Origin: an uncultured Actinomycetes bacterium
GTDB taxonomy: Bacteria > Actinomycetota > Thermoleophilia > Gaiellales > Gaiellaceae
Reading direction: 5' to 3'
Assembly: GCA_963736835.1 (NCBI GenBank)
Contig: CAVTQI010000004.1
Coordinates: 27,706-91,705 of the forward strand
DNA length: 64,000 nucleotides
Part shown: positions 37,110 through 46,146 of the stretch, one piece after another
Layout: the number at the start of each line of letters is the position of its first letter
How positions within the stretch are numbered: position 1 is the stretch's first letter
The notes under the pieces: model-generated
Databases searched by the model: none
Told to the model about the DNA's origin: nothing
What the model saw: only the letters and a program-made list of their open reading frames with translations
Made by a program: the position numbers and the translations under genes

Positions 37110-37150
37110 CTAAGGGGAACCTGAACGGCGCCTAAGAAACGGCTAAGAGT
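37110..37150 (-). promoter_or_regulatory. four phased octamers (11-bp period): ACTCTTAG ccg TTTCTTAG gcg CCGTTCAG gtt CCCCTTAG
   Basis: Read on the minus strand. The first octamer contains the stop codon of the 37143-37838 gene. The array ends about 20-60 nt before the 6C-like hairpins. Confidence 0.45.
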
Positions 37151-37838
37151 CGGTGGCGCCCGGCATGCCCCAACCCCCTCGGTCCGGCGGGGCCTGGCGC
37201 CAGTGGAAGCCTCGGCGTTCCATGGGCATTCGCGGCAGAGAGCCGTTGACGATGTCGTCGAGGCGCGACTCGAGCATCTTCAGGCCTTCCTTCGCCTGCG
37301 CCTCGGTGATCACGCCATCCTTGACGGCCCGGTCGGCGGCCTTCGTCGCGCTGTCGAGGATCGCCTTCTTCAGCCCGTCGACCGACTTGTTCTGCGCCTT
37401 TGCGATGTCGGCCAGCGACTGGCCGTTCGCCAGCTTCTGCAGGAGTTGCGGCACCGACAGGCCGAGGTAGTCCGCCGTGGCGGAGAGGTGCTCGTGCGGG
37501 CCGAACGGCATCCCGTGGTGCCCGAAGTCGCCGAAGCGGTGTGGGCCGCCGAAGAAGAGCGGAACCTCGCCGCTCTCGATTCGCGCCTTCATCGCGTCGG
37601 CCTGCGCCTTGGTGATGCGGCCGGCCTTCAGGTCCGCGTCGACCTGGTCGATCGCCGCCGCCTTGGTCGCATCCTGGAGCTTCTCGGTCGAGATGCCGAG
37701 GTGCCCCGCCACCCGTGAGAGGAAGCTGTCGCCTCGCGCCGCCGAGCTCTTCGAGGCGGCGATGGCGCCACCCGCTCCGACCACAAGTGCAAGACCGGCC
37801 GTGAGGGCGAGAACGCGTTTGGAGTCGAGGTTCTTCAT
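37143..37838 (-). CDS. secreted helical protein, unknown function
   Basis: MKNLDSKRVLALTAGLALVVGAGGAIAA signal peptide. Repeated ITKAQADAMKARIESG / ITEAQAKEGLKMLESR helices. Lies next to htrA. Confidence 0.6.
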   Translation of the reverse strand: MKNLDSKRVLALTAGLALVVGAGGAIAASKSSAARGDSFLSRVAGHLGISTEKLQDATKAAAIDQVDADLKAGRITKAQADAMKARIESGEVPLFFGGPHRFGDFGHHGMPFGPHEHLSATADYLGLSVPQLLQKLANGQSLADIAKAQNKSVDGLKKAILDSATKAADRAVKDGVITEAQAKEGLKMLESRLDDIVNGSLPRMPMERRGFHWRQAPPDRGGWGMPGATDS

Positions 37839-37916
37839 CGGGTTCCTTTCGTCTGATCGAACCATCCGCTTCGAGGGCGGCCGGGCGTTTGGGCCCGGCC
37901 GCCGTTGACTCGTTCG

Positions 37917-39083
37917 TTACTGCTGCGGGATCGTCGCCGGACGCGTGGCGAGCTTCACGTCGACCGTGTGGCTGTCGCCGTTTCGCCAGTAGGTGATCTT
38001 CATGGTGTCGCCCGGCTGGTGCGCGTCGACTTTCTGCTGGACGTCTTCGGACGTCGTGACCTTCTCGCCGTCGATGGCGGTGATCACGTCGCCTCCCGTC
38101 GGGTACTGGTCGCCGTCGACCGTCTTGGTGCCGGTCGCGCCCTTGAGGCCCGCCTTGTCGGCCGGAGTGTTCGACCTGACGCTCGCGAGCTCGACGCCGG
38201 CGACGAGCTTCAGCTGGTCGGCCACCGACTCGGGGATCTGCTGCACGGAGACGCCGAGGTAAGCGTGCTCGACCTTCCCGCTGCCGATCAGCGTCTCCGC
38301 GATCGACTTGACGGTGTTGGACGGGATCGCGAACCCGACGCCGTCGCTGCCGCCCGAGTCGCTGCGGATCTGCGAGTTGACACCGATCACGTTGCCGTTG
38401 ATGTCGAGGAGCGGGCCGCCGGAGTTGCCGTGGTTGATGGCGGCGTCGGTCTGGATCGAGTCGTTGATGGTGAAGTTGTTCGGCGCCTCCATCTGGCGGT
38501 GAAGTGCGCTCACGATTCCGCTCGTCACGGTCTCCTCGAGGCCGAACGGGCTGCCGATGGCGATCGCCGTGTCACCGACCTGCACGCTGTTCGAATTGCC
38601 GAACTGGATCGGGTGCAGGACGGATTCCGGCGCGTCGACCTTGATCACGCCGAGGTCGGTGGAGGGATCGGTCCCGACGACGGAAGCCTTGTAGGTCGAG
38701 CCGTTCCAGAACTGGACGGAGACCGACTTCGCCCCGTCCACCACGTGGTCGTTCGTGACGATATGGCCGTCGGAGTCGATGACGAATCCGGAGCCCTGTG
38801 ATTTCTGCTGCTGCTGCTGCCCGGGCGTGCCGAACGATGGGCTCGCTTGGTCGGAGGTGACGGTGATCTCCACGATCGCCCGGTAGGCGTCGCGGTAGAC
38901 CTGGCCGACCGTCAGCGGAGTCGTCTGGGCCGCCGGCTCGGAAGCACCGACCGGCACGGAGCGGATTACTGTGGTCGATTTCGACCCGAAGGTCGAGTAG
39001 GCGACCGCGCCGGCCCCCGCGCCCAGGACGAGGGTGGCGATCAGGATCATTGCGATCATGGGGATGCGGGAGCGGCTGTTCAT
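37917..39083 (-). CDS. htrA: HtrA/DegP-family (S1C) serine protease with PDZ domain
   Basis: N-terminal TM anchor, TNDHVV, DLGVIKV, GNSGGPLLD catalytic triad context, C-terminal PDZ GDVITAIDGEKV. Alternative ATG at 39113. Confidence 0.9.
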   Translation of the reverse strand: MNSRSRIPMIAMILIATLVLGAGAGAVAYSTFGSKSTTVIRSVPVGASEPAAQTTPLTVGQVYRDAYRAIVEITVTSDQASPSFGTPGQQQQQKSQGSGFVIDSDGHIVTNDHVVDGAKSVSVQFWNGSTYKASVVGTDPSTDLGVIKVDAPESVLHPIQFGNSNSVQVGDTAIAIGSPFGLEETVTSGIVSALHRQMEAPNNFTINDSIQTDAAINHGNSGGPLLDINGNVIGVNSQIRSDSGGSDGVGFAIPSNTVKSIAETLIGSGKVEHAYLGVSVQQIPESVADQLKLVAGVELASVRSNTPADKAGLKGATGTKTVDGDQYPTGGDVITAIDGEKVTTSEDVQQKVDAHQPGDTMKITYWRNGDSHTVDVKLATRPATIPQQ

Positions 39084-39138
39084 CTGGTTCCTTTCGGATT
39101 TGCTTGCTCTCATGAGAGCAGCACTTGCCCTTACCCTG

Positions 39139-39158
39139 CCTGAGAGTGGGCTAAGAGT
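39139..39158 (-). promoter_or_regulatory. 8-3-8 direct repeat ACTCTTAG ccc ACTCTCAG in the divergent htrA / response-regulator promoter region
   Basis: Plus strand reads CCTGAGAGTgggCTAAGAGT. It lies 56 nt from the htrA ATG 39083 and 59 nt from the regulator ATG 39217. A further TTCTTAG lies on the plus strand at 39176-39182. Confidence 0.5.
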
Positions 39159-39216
39159 TCCGTTAAAGAAATGTTTTCTTAGCTGGCATTAACAGTCCTC
39201 ACGCAACAATTACCGC

Positions 39217-39900
39217 ATGAAGATCCTGGTAGTCGACGATGAACGGGCCGTCCGCGAGTCGCTCCGCCGAGCGCTCGAGCTGGAGGGCTACGAGATCGAG
39301 CTCGCGGCCGACGGGCGCGAGGCGCTCTACCGTCTGGAAGGCGACTCGGAGCCCGACGCGATGATCCTCGACGTGCTCATGCCCGGCGTGGACGGGCTCG
39401 AGGTGTGCAGGCGCCTGCGAGGGAGCGGGAGCAAGCTTCCCGTGCTGATGCTGACCGCGCGCACGCAGGTCGAGGACCGAGTCGAAGGGCTCGACGCCGG
39501 CGCCGACGACTACGTGACGAAGCCGTTCGCACTGGACGAGCTTCTCGCGCGCGTGCGAGCGCTCCTCCGCCGGACGGCCGACGAGGAGGGCGAGAGCGCA
39601 GACCTGATCCGCTTCGCCGACCTCGAGCTCGACCCCGCGACCCGGGAGGTCACGCGCGGCGGGCGCCCGATCGAGCTCACGCGCACCGAGTTCTCGCTCC
39701 TCGAGCTCTTCATGCGCAACCCACGGCAGGTGCTCACCCGGACGATCATTTTCGAGCGGGTCTGGGGATACGACTTCGGGTACGCGTCGAACTCGCTCGA
39801 CGTGTACATCGGCTACCTGCGGCGGAAGACCGAAGCCGAGGGCGAGCCTCGTCTGATCCAGACGGTTCGCGGCGTCGGCTACGCGCTCCGGGAGTCATGA
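39217..39900 (+). CDS. OmpR-family response regulator (MprA/MtrA-like)
   Basis: [37 protein letters not shown], winged helix [21 protein letters not shown]. Confidence 0.9.
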   Translation: MKILVVDDERAVRESLRRALELEGYEIELAADGREALYRLEGDSEPDAMILDVLMPGVDGLEVCRRLRGSGSKLPVLMLTARTQVEDRVEGLDAGADDYVTKPFALDELLARVRALLRRTADEEGESADLIRFADLELDPATREVTRGGRPIELTRTEFSLLELFMRNPRQVLTRTIIFERVWGYDFGYASNSLDVYIGYLRRKTEAEGEPRLIQTVRGVGYALRES

Positions 39901-41225
39901 GCTTTCGCGCACGCATTGCGCTCGTGGCGGCCGGCGCCGTCGCGCTGGCCGTCGTGGCCGCTTCGGGCGTCGTCTATCTCGTCGTCAAGGATCAGCTCTA
40001 CTCGAGCATTGACGCGTCCCTGCGAAGCAGCATGGAGCGGATTCAGCACGGCCCACCCTTCGACTTCGCCGACGGGCCGCCACAGCCCGGAGTCTTCGGC
40101 GGCTACCCGCAGGCGGTGCGCCGGGACGGGGTCACGTACACGCGGCGCGGGCAGAACCTGACGCTGCCCGTCGACAAGCACGTCTTGCGCGTGGCCCGGG
40201 GCCAGGACGGCACGTATCTCGCGAACGCGAATGTCGAGAACGACCACGTCCGGGTGATCACGTTCCCGTACCAGCCAGGGTTCGCGGTCCAGATCGCGCG
40301 GCCGCTCGACGACACCGACCGTGCGCTCTCCAGGATCAAGGCCTTGCTCTTCTTCATCGCCGCCGGCGGGATCCTCATCGCCGCCGGGCTCGGCCTGGCC
40401 GTCTCGCGCGCAGCTTTGATACCCGTGCGGCGGCTCACGCAGGCGACCGAGACGGTCACCGAGACCCGCGACCTCTCGGAGCGCATCGAGGCCGGCGGGA
40501 AGGACGAGCTGGGGCGCCTCGCGACGAGTTTCAACGCGATGCTCGCCGCGCTCGAGGAATCCGACCGCGCGCGGAGCCAGCTCGTCGCGGACGCCTCCCA
40601 CGAGCTCCGCACGCCTCTGACGAGCCTCCGGACGAACATCGAGGTGCTCGCGAGCGACCGCCAGCTGCCGCCGGGCGAGCGCGAGCGCCTGCTCTCGGAC
40701 GTGATCGAGCAGCTCGGCGAGATGACGACGCTCATCTCCGAGCTGATCGAGCTCGCGCGCGGGGAACAGCATCGCGTGGAGCCGGAGGACGTCCGGCTCG
40801 ACCTCGTCACGGCCGGGGCCGTCGAACGGACGAAGCGCAACCGGCCGGGTGTCGAGTTCAAGACGGACCTGCACGAGTCGCTCGTCTACGGAGTCCCGGA
40901 GACGCTCGATCGCGCGCTGGGGAACCTGCTCGACAACGCGGCCAAGTGGAGCCCGCCCGACGGCGAGGTCGAGGTCTCGGTGCGCAACGCCGAGGTGACG
41001 GTCCGCGACCACGGGCCGGGGATCGACGACGAGGACCTGCCGTACGTCTTCGACCGCTTCTACCGCGCCCAGTCCGCCCGTAGCCTTCCGGGCTCGGGGC
41101 TCGGGCTCGCGATCGTGCGCCAGGTCGCGCAGGCGCACGGCGGGACGGTCGTCGCCGAGCGGGCCGAGGGAGGCGGAACGATCATGCGCTTCCGGCTGAA
41201 CGGCGCCGCCGAAGACAACTCTTAG
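39897..41225 (+). CDS. sensor histidine kinase (MprB-like)
   Basis: ATGA overlap with the regulator. 2 TM + HAMP. H-box [39 protein letters not shown]. Confidence 0.9.
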   Translation: MSFRARIALVAAGAVALAVVAASGVVYLVVKDQLYSSIDASLRSSMERIQHGPPFDFADGPPQPGVFGGYPQAVRRDGVTYTRRGQNLTLPVDKHVLRVARGQDGTYLANANVENDHVRVITFPYQPGFAVQIARPLDDTDRALSRIKALLFFIAAGGILIAAGLGLAVSRAALIPVRRLTQATETVTETRDLSERIEAGGKDELGRLATSFNAMLAALEESDRARSQLVADASHELRTPLTSLRTNIEVLASDRQLPPGERERLLSDVIEQLGEMTTLISELIELARGEQHRVEPEDVRLDLVTAGAVERTKRNRPGVEFKTDLHESLVYGVPETLDRALGNLLDNAAKWSPPDGEVEVSVRNAEVTVRDHGPGIDDEDLPYVFDRFYRAQSARSLPGSGLGLAIVRQVAQAHGGTVVAERAEGGGTIMRFRLNGAAEDNS

Positions 41226-41261
41226 CCAGTTCTTACCGCGGGTTAACCCGCTTCTCAGGGA
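41218..41261 (+). promoter_or_regulatory. four phased octamers ACTCTTAG cca GTTCTTAC cgc GGGTTAAC ccg CTTCTCAG
   Basis: The first octamer contains the kinase stop codon. The array ends 20 nt before ATG 41281. It includes the perfect palindrome CGGGTTAACCCG (41239-41250). Confidence 0.45.
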
Positions 41262-41280
41262 GCGCGGCTTCCATGTCCGC

Positions 41281-41538
41281 ATGGCTACCACCAAGAACTC
41301 CAGAATCGCGGCGGCGAAGGAGCGGGCCGAGCAGGCGAAGACGCTGATCCTCGCCGCGGCGCTGGTCGCCTTCTTCGCCGCGATGGCGATGGAGCGCGGC
41401 GCGCATGCTTCCTCGACCTCGGGCGGGACCAGCCCCGCCGTCTCGTCCGACGAGTCGGACGACGGCTCCGGCTTCTTCGACGACGGCGGACTGGCACCGG
41501 CACAGGGGCCGCCCTCGACCTCGACGGGGACCTCGTGA
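41281..41538 (+). CDS. small single-TM protein with Ser/Gly/Asp-rich tail
   Basis: 85 aa, TM LILAAALVAFFAAMAM, tail SSTSGGTSPAVSSDESDDGSGFFDDGG. Stop overlaps the ApbE start (GTGA). Confidence 0.45.
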   Translation: MATTKNSRIAAAKERAEQAKTLILAAALVAFFAAMAMERGAHASSTSGGTSPAVSSDESDDGSGFFDDGGLAPAQGPPSTSTGTS

Positions 41539-42389
41539 ACATCCACCGGTTCGAGTCGATGGGCTGCCTCGTCGAGGTCGGCGGCGCGAGCGGCCGCGAG
41601 GCTGCCGCGATCGAGCGCCTCTTCCAGGCCCGCGACCGCCAGTTCAGCCGTTTCCGGCGGGAGAGCGAGCTGAGCCGCGTCAACCGCGCCGCCCGCGACC
41701 TGATCGTGGTCTCGAAGACGTTCGGGCAGATGGTGGAGCGCGCACTCAAGGCGGCGCGCGCGACGGGCGGCCTGGTCGACCCGACGCTGGGCGCCGCGCT
41801 GCGAACGGCGGGGTACGACAGAGATTTCCGTGAGCTGCGTCCGCGGCCCGAGCCGGCTCATGCAGGGCCGGTCGGCCGCTGGCGTTCCGTACGCGTGACC
41901 GGGCGTCTGCTTGCACGCCCGGTCGGCGTCGAGCTCGATCTGAACGGCGTCGTCAAGGGCCAGACGGTGGACGAGGCCCTCGACCTCCTCTCGGGCGAAG
42001 GGTTCGTGTCGGCCGGCGGCGACTACGCGGGGCGCGGCGCCTTCGACGTCGCGCTTCCGGCCGGCGGAGCTATTCGCGTCACCCGCGGAGGCCTCGCCAC
42101 GAGCGGGACGACGAAGCGGCGCTGGCTGCGCGCCGGCAGCCGGCAGCACCATTTACTCGATCCACGCACGGGCGCGCCGGCCGCCTCGCCGTGGGCCGAG
42201 GCGACGGTGAGCGCGGCGAGCTGCCTGCAGGCGGACATCGCGGCCAAGGCTGCGTTCCTGGTGGGAGACGCCGGCCCTGAGTGGCTCGACGAGCGCGATC
42301 TTCCCGGCCGCTTTCTGTCGGAGGACGGCACCGAGGTCGTGAACGACTCCTGGCGGCGCGCTCTGTCCCCCAGGTTGGCCGCGGCGTGA
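41535..42389 (+). CDS. apbE: FAD:protein FMN transferase (ApbE family)
   Basis: FESMGCLVEV..SRFRRESELSRVN..DLNGVVKG..ATSGTTKRRW..HHLLDPRTG. Confidence 0.85.
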   Translation: MNIHRFESMGCLVEVGGASGREAAAIERLFQARDRQFSRFRRESELSRVNRAARDLIVVSKTFGQMVERALKAARATGGLVDPTLGAALRTAGYDRDFRELRPRPEPAHAGPVGRWRSVRVTGRLLARPVGVELDLNGVVKGQTVDEALDLLSGEGFVSAGGDYAGRGAFDVALPAGGAIRVTRGGLATSGTTKRRWLRAGSRQHHLLDPRTGAPAASPWAEATVSAASCLQADIAAKAAFLVGDAGPEWLDERDLPGRFLSEDGTEVVNDSWRRALSPRLAAA

Positions 42390-42994
42390 CCCTCGCCGCG
42401 TTCGCCGTGGACTGGTACGCGGCCCGCGCCGCGGGTGTCGTCGCATACCTCCTCGTCTCTGCGTCGGTCGCGCTCGGTCTGCTCATGGCCGGGCGGCAGG
42501 GTTTCAAGGGTTGGCCCCGATTCGCGGTCGAGGACGTCCACCGCTTCGCCGGGCTGCTCGCCGGCGTCTTCATCGCGCTGCACGTCTTCTGGCTCGGGAT
42601 CGACTCGCAATCGCACCTGACCGCGGGCACGATCGTGATCCCGTTCACGTCGAGCTACCGGCCCTTGTGGACGGGCCTGGGCATCGTCGCGGCGGAGCTC
42701 CTCCTGGCCCTCGCCATCACGAATCACTATCGGAAGCGCCTGCGCTACTCGCTCTGGCGGCGGCTCCACTACCTCAACTTCGCGGTCTGGGCAGCGGCCA
42801 CTCTGCACGGGCTCGGGGCGGGCACGGACTCCGGCTCGACCGCGTTCCTGATCCTCTACGCAATCACCTCGGGCGTAATCGGAACACTCGCGCTGAGACG
42901 GTTCGCACGCACTCGACCGCCTACGCGAGCCGCCGCTCCAGGTACGCCGACAGTCGCGTCAGCGGGAACGAGATCACGAAGAACACGAGCATGA
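42386..42994 (+). CDS. ferric-reductase-like transmembrane (heme b) domain protein
   Basis: GTGA overlap with apbE. 6 TM with conserved His (VHRFAGL, ALHVFW, LHYLNF, TLHGLG). The 3' end overlaps the convergent permease. Confidence 0.7.
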   Translation: MTLAAFAVDWYAARAAGVVAYLLVSASVALGLLMAGRQGFKGWPRFAVEDVHRFAGLLAGVFIALHVFWLGIDSQSHLTAGTIVIPFTSSYRPLWTGLGIVAAELLLALAITNHYRKRLRYSLWRRLHYLNFAVWAAATLHGLGAGTDSGSTAFLILYAITSGVIGTLALRRFARTRPPTRAAAPGTPTVASAGTRSRRTRA

Positions 42995-43617
42995 CGAACC
43001 CGAAGATCATGAACGGGGCATACGAGGGCGCCGTGGGCCCGGCGAAGCCCGGAGGTGATGTTCTCGAACTGTCGCTGGCCAGCCTGGAGGAACTCGTTGA
43101 CGCCGATCGCGAACGCGATCGTCGTGTTCTGGATGATGTTGACCAGCAGCCCGACCATCGGAGGCAGCAGCCTGCGCGTGGCCTGAGGGAGGATCACGAA
43201 CCGGTGTCTCCCAATCCAGCCGAAGCCCAGAGCGGCGGCGGCCTCGTGCTGCTCCTTCGGGATCGACTGGACGGCGCCCCGCGTCGCCTCAGCGACCTGA
43301 GCGCTGCCCCAGAGCGAGAGCGCCAGCGCGGCCGACTGGTAGGCGTTCAACTGGACGTGAAAGGTGCCGATGTCGAACGCCGGCAACCAGTAGATGAACA
43401 GCACGGTGACGAGGATCGGCAGTCCGCGCCACACTTCGACGTAGAAGCGGATCAGCCAGCGGAGCGGGAAGAACCGGATTGTCATCAATGTCCCCAGCAC
43501 CAGGCCGACCACCGTGCTGGCCACGAGAGCGATGGCGGCGAGGCGCAGGGTCTCCGGCAACCCTTCGCGCAGCATGTACTCCGCGACTGGACGGAACCAG
43601 TCCGGGACGAGGGGCAC
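42921..43617 (-). pseudogene. amino-acid ABC transporter permease with an apparent 1-nt frameshift near 43048-43050
   Basis: From GTG 43617 the frame reads a normal HisM/GlnP-type permease up to ..VNEFLQAGQRQFENITSG, then nonsense. The adjacent frame continues GFAGPTAPSYAPFMIFGFVMLVFFVISFPLTRLSAYLERRLA* (stop 42921-42923). The frames cross at a GGG run. Confidence 0.65.
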
Positions 43618-44309
43618 TAGAGCGCCTCCGGGAGCGCGAGCCGGCCCTCGAGGAAGCGGATCAGCGCCGAGAGGACCCACACGATCGCGAGGTAGCAGAG
43701 AGCGAGCGCGGTGAAGGTCTCGAAGACACGGAACGTGTTCGACTGGATGCTGTTGGCGACGTAGGTCAGCTCCGGGTAGCCGATGAGGAGCAGCAGCGAC
43801 GTGTTCTTCAGCACCGAGATCGCGGTGTTGATCGTCGAGGGCAGCGCGATCCGCCCGCCGATCGGAAGCGTCACGTTGAGAAAGGCCTTGAACGGGGTGA
43901 ATCCCAGCGCGTAACCGGCCTCACGGAGCCGTGCGGGAACCGCTTCGAAGCCCGCGCGGAAGTTCTCCGTCATGAAGGCCCCGCCCCAGATCGTGATCGA
44001 GAGCCACGCGACGGTGAATGCCTCGAGGTGGATGCCGAGCACTGGCAGGCCGTAGAACAGGAAGAAGATCTGGACGAGGATCGGGGTGTTGCGAATCAGC
44101 TCGACGTACGTCACGGCCAACTGGTTGAGCACCGGGATTCGGTGGGCGCGCACGGCGCCGAGGACGAGCCCGATCACGTATGCGAGGACGATGCCCAGCA
44201 ACCCCGCCTTGATCGTGTTCTTGAAGCCGTCCCAGAAGGGGCCGCGGAGGTCCCAGAAGAACGACCACTCGAACGAGGCGAGGACGTGCATGGTTAGGCG
44301 ATCAAACAC
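43617..44309 (-). CDS. amino-acid ABC transporter permease
   Basis: LIRNTPILVQIFFLFYGLP, EAGYALGF..LPIGGRIALPS. Alternative ATG at 44291. Confidence 0.85.
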   Translation of the reverse strand: MFDRLTMHVLASFEWSFFWDLRGPFWDGFKNTIKAGLLGIVLAYVIGLVLGAVRAHRIPVLNQLAVTYVELIRNTPILVQIFFLFYGLPVLGIHLEAFTVAWLSITIWGGAFMTENFRAGFEAVPARLREAGYALGFTPFKAFLNVTLPIGGRIALPSTINTAISVLKNTSLLLLIGYPELTYVANSIQSNTFRVFETFTALALCYLAIVWVLSALIRFLEGRLALPEAL

Positions 44310-44350
44310 GAATGGCCGCCCCGAAGGACGGCCATTCGCATACGACCTGT

Positions 44351-45274
44351 CTAGCTAGGGCAGTTGTTCTCCGGCGGGTTCGCCCGCGGGTACTGCAGCT
44401 TGATCTTCGGGCTCGGGGCGTTGACCTTGAAGCCCTTCCAGAAGCGCCGCGGGATCGTGCGCTTGAGGATCGACCAGAACATGTCGCGGGCCCGCATTCC
44501 GCGGACGGATGCATCGACCCAGCGCTTCATGTCGGTCTCGCCCTTGCGGATCCCGACGCCCCACGGAACCTTGAGGAACACGTTCGAGGCGAGCTTCAGC
44601 GAGCTGTCGTTCGCCGCCACGCCGACGAGGAACGCGTCGTCGTACATCAGCGCGTCGGCCTGGTCGTTCTTCACCGCAAGCACACCGGCCGCCGGGCTGG
44701 ACACGACCTGGAACGACGTGTTCTTGAAGCAGTTCTTGATCCACCGGTCGTAGATCGAGCCGGAGGTCGAGACGAGCTTCTTGCCGGGCATCCAGGTCGC
44801 GAGCTTGCCGACGGTGACGTTGTTCTTGACGAGCAACCTGCCGGCCGCGTTGTAGTACGGCACCGAGTAGTCGATGACCTTCTCGCGATCAGCCGTCCAG
44901 GTGAGCGTCGAGATGATGATGTCGACACGTCCCGAAGTGAGCGTGCCGATGCGGCTCGCGGTCGTCACGCACGTGAATTCGACCTTGCTCGCCGAGCCGA
45001 ACGCCCACTTCGCGAACTGGCGGGCGACCTCGACGTCGTAGCCGCGGTTGCGCCCGCTCGTGTCCTGCCAGCCGAACGGCGGTGTGTCGCACTTGACGCC
45101 GATCTGCCACTTGCCGCGCGCCTTGACCGCCGCGGGCAGCGGAGGAAGCTTCGGCTTCGCAGGCAGCTTCGCCTGCGCCACGCCTCGGCTTGGTGCGGCC
45201 GTCCCGAACGTCGCGGCCACTGCAGCAGTGACGACGAGCCCGAAGACGATCATGAGTACAACGATCCGTTTCAT
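44351..45274 (-). CDS. amino-acid ABC transporter substrate-binding protein
   Basis: Signal peptide. [41 protein letters not shown]. Confidence 0.85.
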   Translation of the reverse strand: MKRIVVLMIVFGLVVTAAVAATFGTAAPSRGVAQAKLPAKPKLPPLPAAVKARGKWQIGVKCDTPPFGWQDTSGRNRGYDVEVARQFAKWAFGSASKVEFTCVTTASRIGTLTSGRVDIIISTLTWTADREKVIDYSVPYYNAAGRLLVKNNVTVGKLATWMPGKKLVSTSGSIYDRWIKNCFKNTSFQVVSSPAAGVLAVKNDQADALMYDDAFLVGVAANDSSLKLASNVFLKVPWGVGIRKGETDMKRWVDASVRGMRARDMFWSILKRTIPRRFWKGFKVNAPSPKIKLQYPRANPPENNCPS

Positions 45275-46080
45275 TCCACCTCTCCTTCGTCCGTGATTGA
45301 CAATTCTTCCAGGGAATGCGCCATTTGCAGAGAGCGGCGCAGAAATTGCTTCGTGCGTTCCTGCTGCGGGAGGTCGAGCACCTCGGGTGGATAGCCCTCC
45401 TCGACGATCCGGCCCTCGTCCATGAAGATCAACCTGTCTCCTACCTCACGCGCGAACTGCATCTCGTGCGTGACGACGACCATCGTCATTCCCGTCTGGG
45501 CGAGGTCGCGCATGACGACGAGCACCTCCCCGACGAGCTCGGGATCGAGCGCGGACGTGACCTCGTCGAAGAGGACGACGTGGGGCTCCATCATCAAGGC
45601 GCGGGCGATGGCGACGCGCTGCTGCTGCCCGCCCGAAAGCTCGTGCGGGTGCTGCTGTGCCTTCTCCTCGAGGCCCACTCTGGTGAGGAGCTCCAGCGCC
45701 CGCGTCTCGGCGTCACGGCGAGACATGTGGCGGACCCGCCTGGCCGCAAGCGTCACGTTGTCGATCGCCTTGAGGTGCGGGAAGAGGTTGAACTGCTGGA
45801 AGACGATCCCGATCCGCTGTCGGATCTGAGAGACCTTCACGCCTTTGGCGGTGATCTCCTCGTCCTCGAGCCAGATGCGCCCGCTGTCGATCGGCTCGAG
45901 CAGGTTGATGCAGCGCAGGAGCGTGCTCTTCCCGCTTCCGCTCGGGCCGATCACGACCAGCGTCTCGCCCGCCGCGACCGAGAGGTCGATGCCGTCGAGG
46001 ACGACGTTCTCACCGAAGCTCTTACGGACCCCTTCGGCGCGAACGACGGGCTGTGCCGCAGAGGCCGCCTGAGCGTTCAT
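45271..46080 (-). CDS. amino-acid ABC transporter ATP-binding protein
   Basis: Walker [10 protein letters not shown], signature [15 protein letters not shown], Walker [16 protein letters not shown] 46080. Confidence 0.9.
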   Translation of the reverse strand: MNAQAASAAQPVVRAEGVRKSFGENVVLDGIDLSVAAGETLVVIGPSGSGKSTLLRCINLLEPIDSGRIWLEDEEITAKGVKVSQIRQRIGIVFQQFNLFPHLKAIDNVTLAARRVRHMSRRDAETRALELLTRVGLEEKAQQHPHELSGGQQQRVAIARALMMEPHVVLFDEVTSALDPELVGEVLVVMRDLAQTGMTMVVVTHEMQFAREVGDRLIFMDEGRIVEEGYPPEVLDLPQQERTKQFLRRSLQMAHSLEELSITDEGEVE

Positions 46081-46146
46081 GCCCCCACGGTTATAGATCT
46101 TTTCCCAGAGGCGTACAACGAGGCGCGGTCCGTCGCATGGGGAAAG

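Noticed and set aside
39879-42152. 757-aa minus-strand ORF, one of many very long ORFs antisense to real genes (others include 15264-16745, 3521-4483, 49887-51500, 12414-13640 and 60077-61297)
   Set aside because: Composition is dominated by Arg, Asp, Gly, Pro and Ala, and no motifs are present. Each fully overlaps a gene with clear family signatures on the other strand. This is the typical stop-codon-poor artefact of 70% GC DNA.
45316-46146. N-terminal 277 codons of the 428-aa plus-strand ORF 45316-46602
   Set aside because: This part is antisense to the ABC ATPase gene and has no features. Only the last 151 codons (lipoprotein with lipobox, ATG 46147) are credible.
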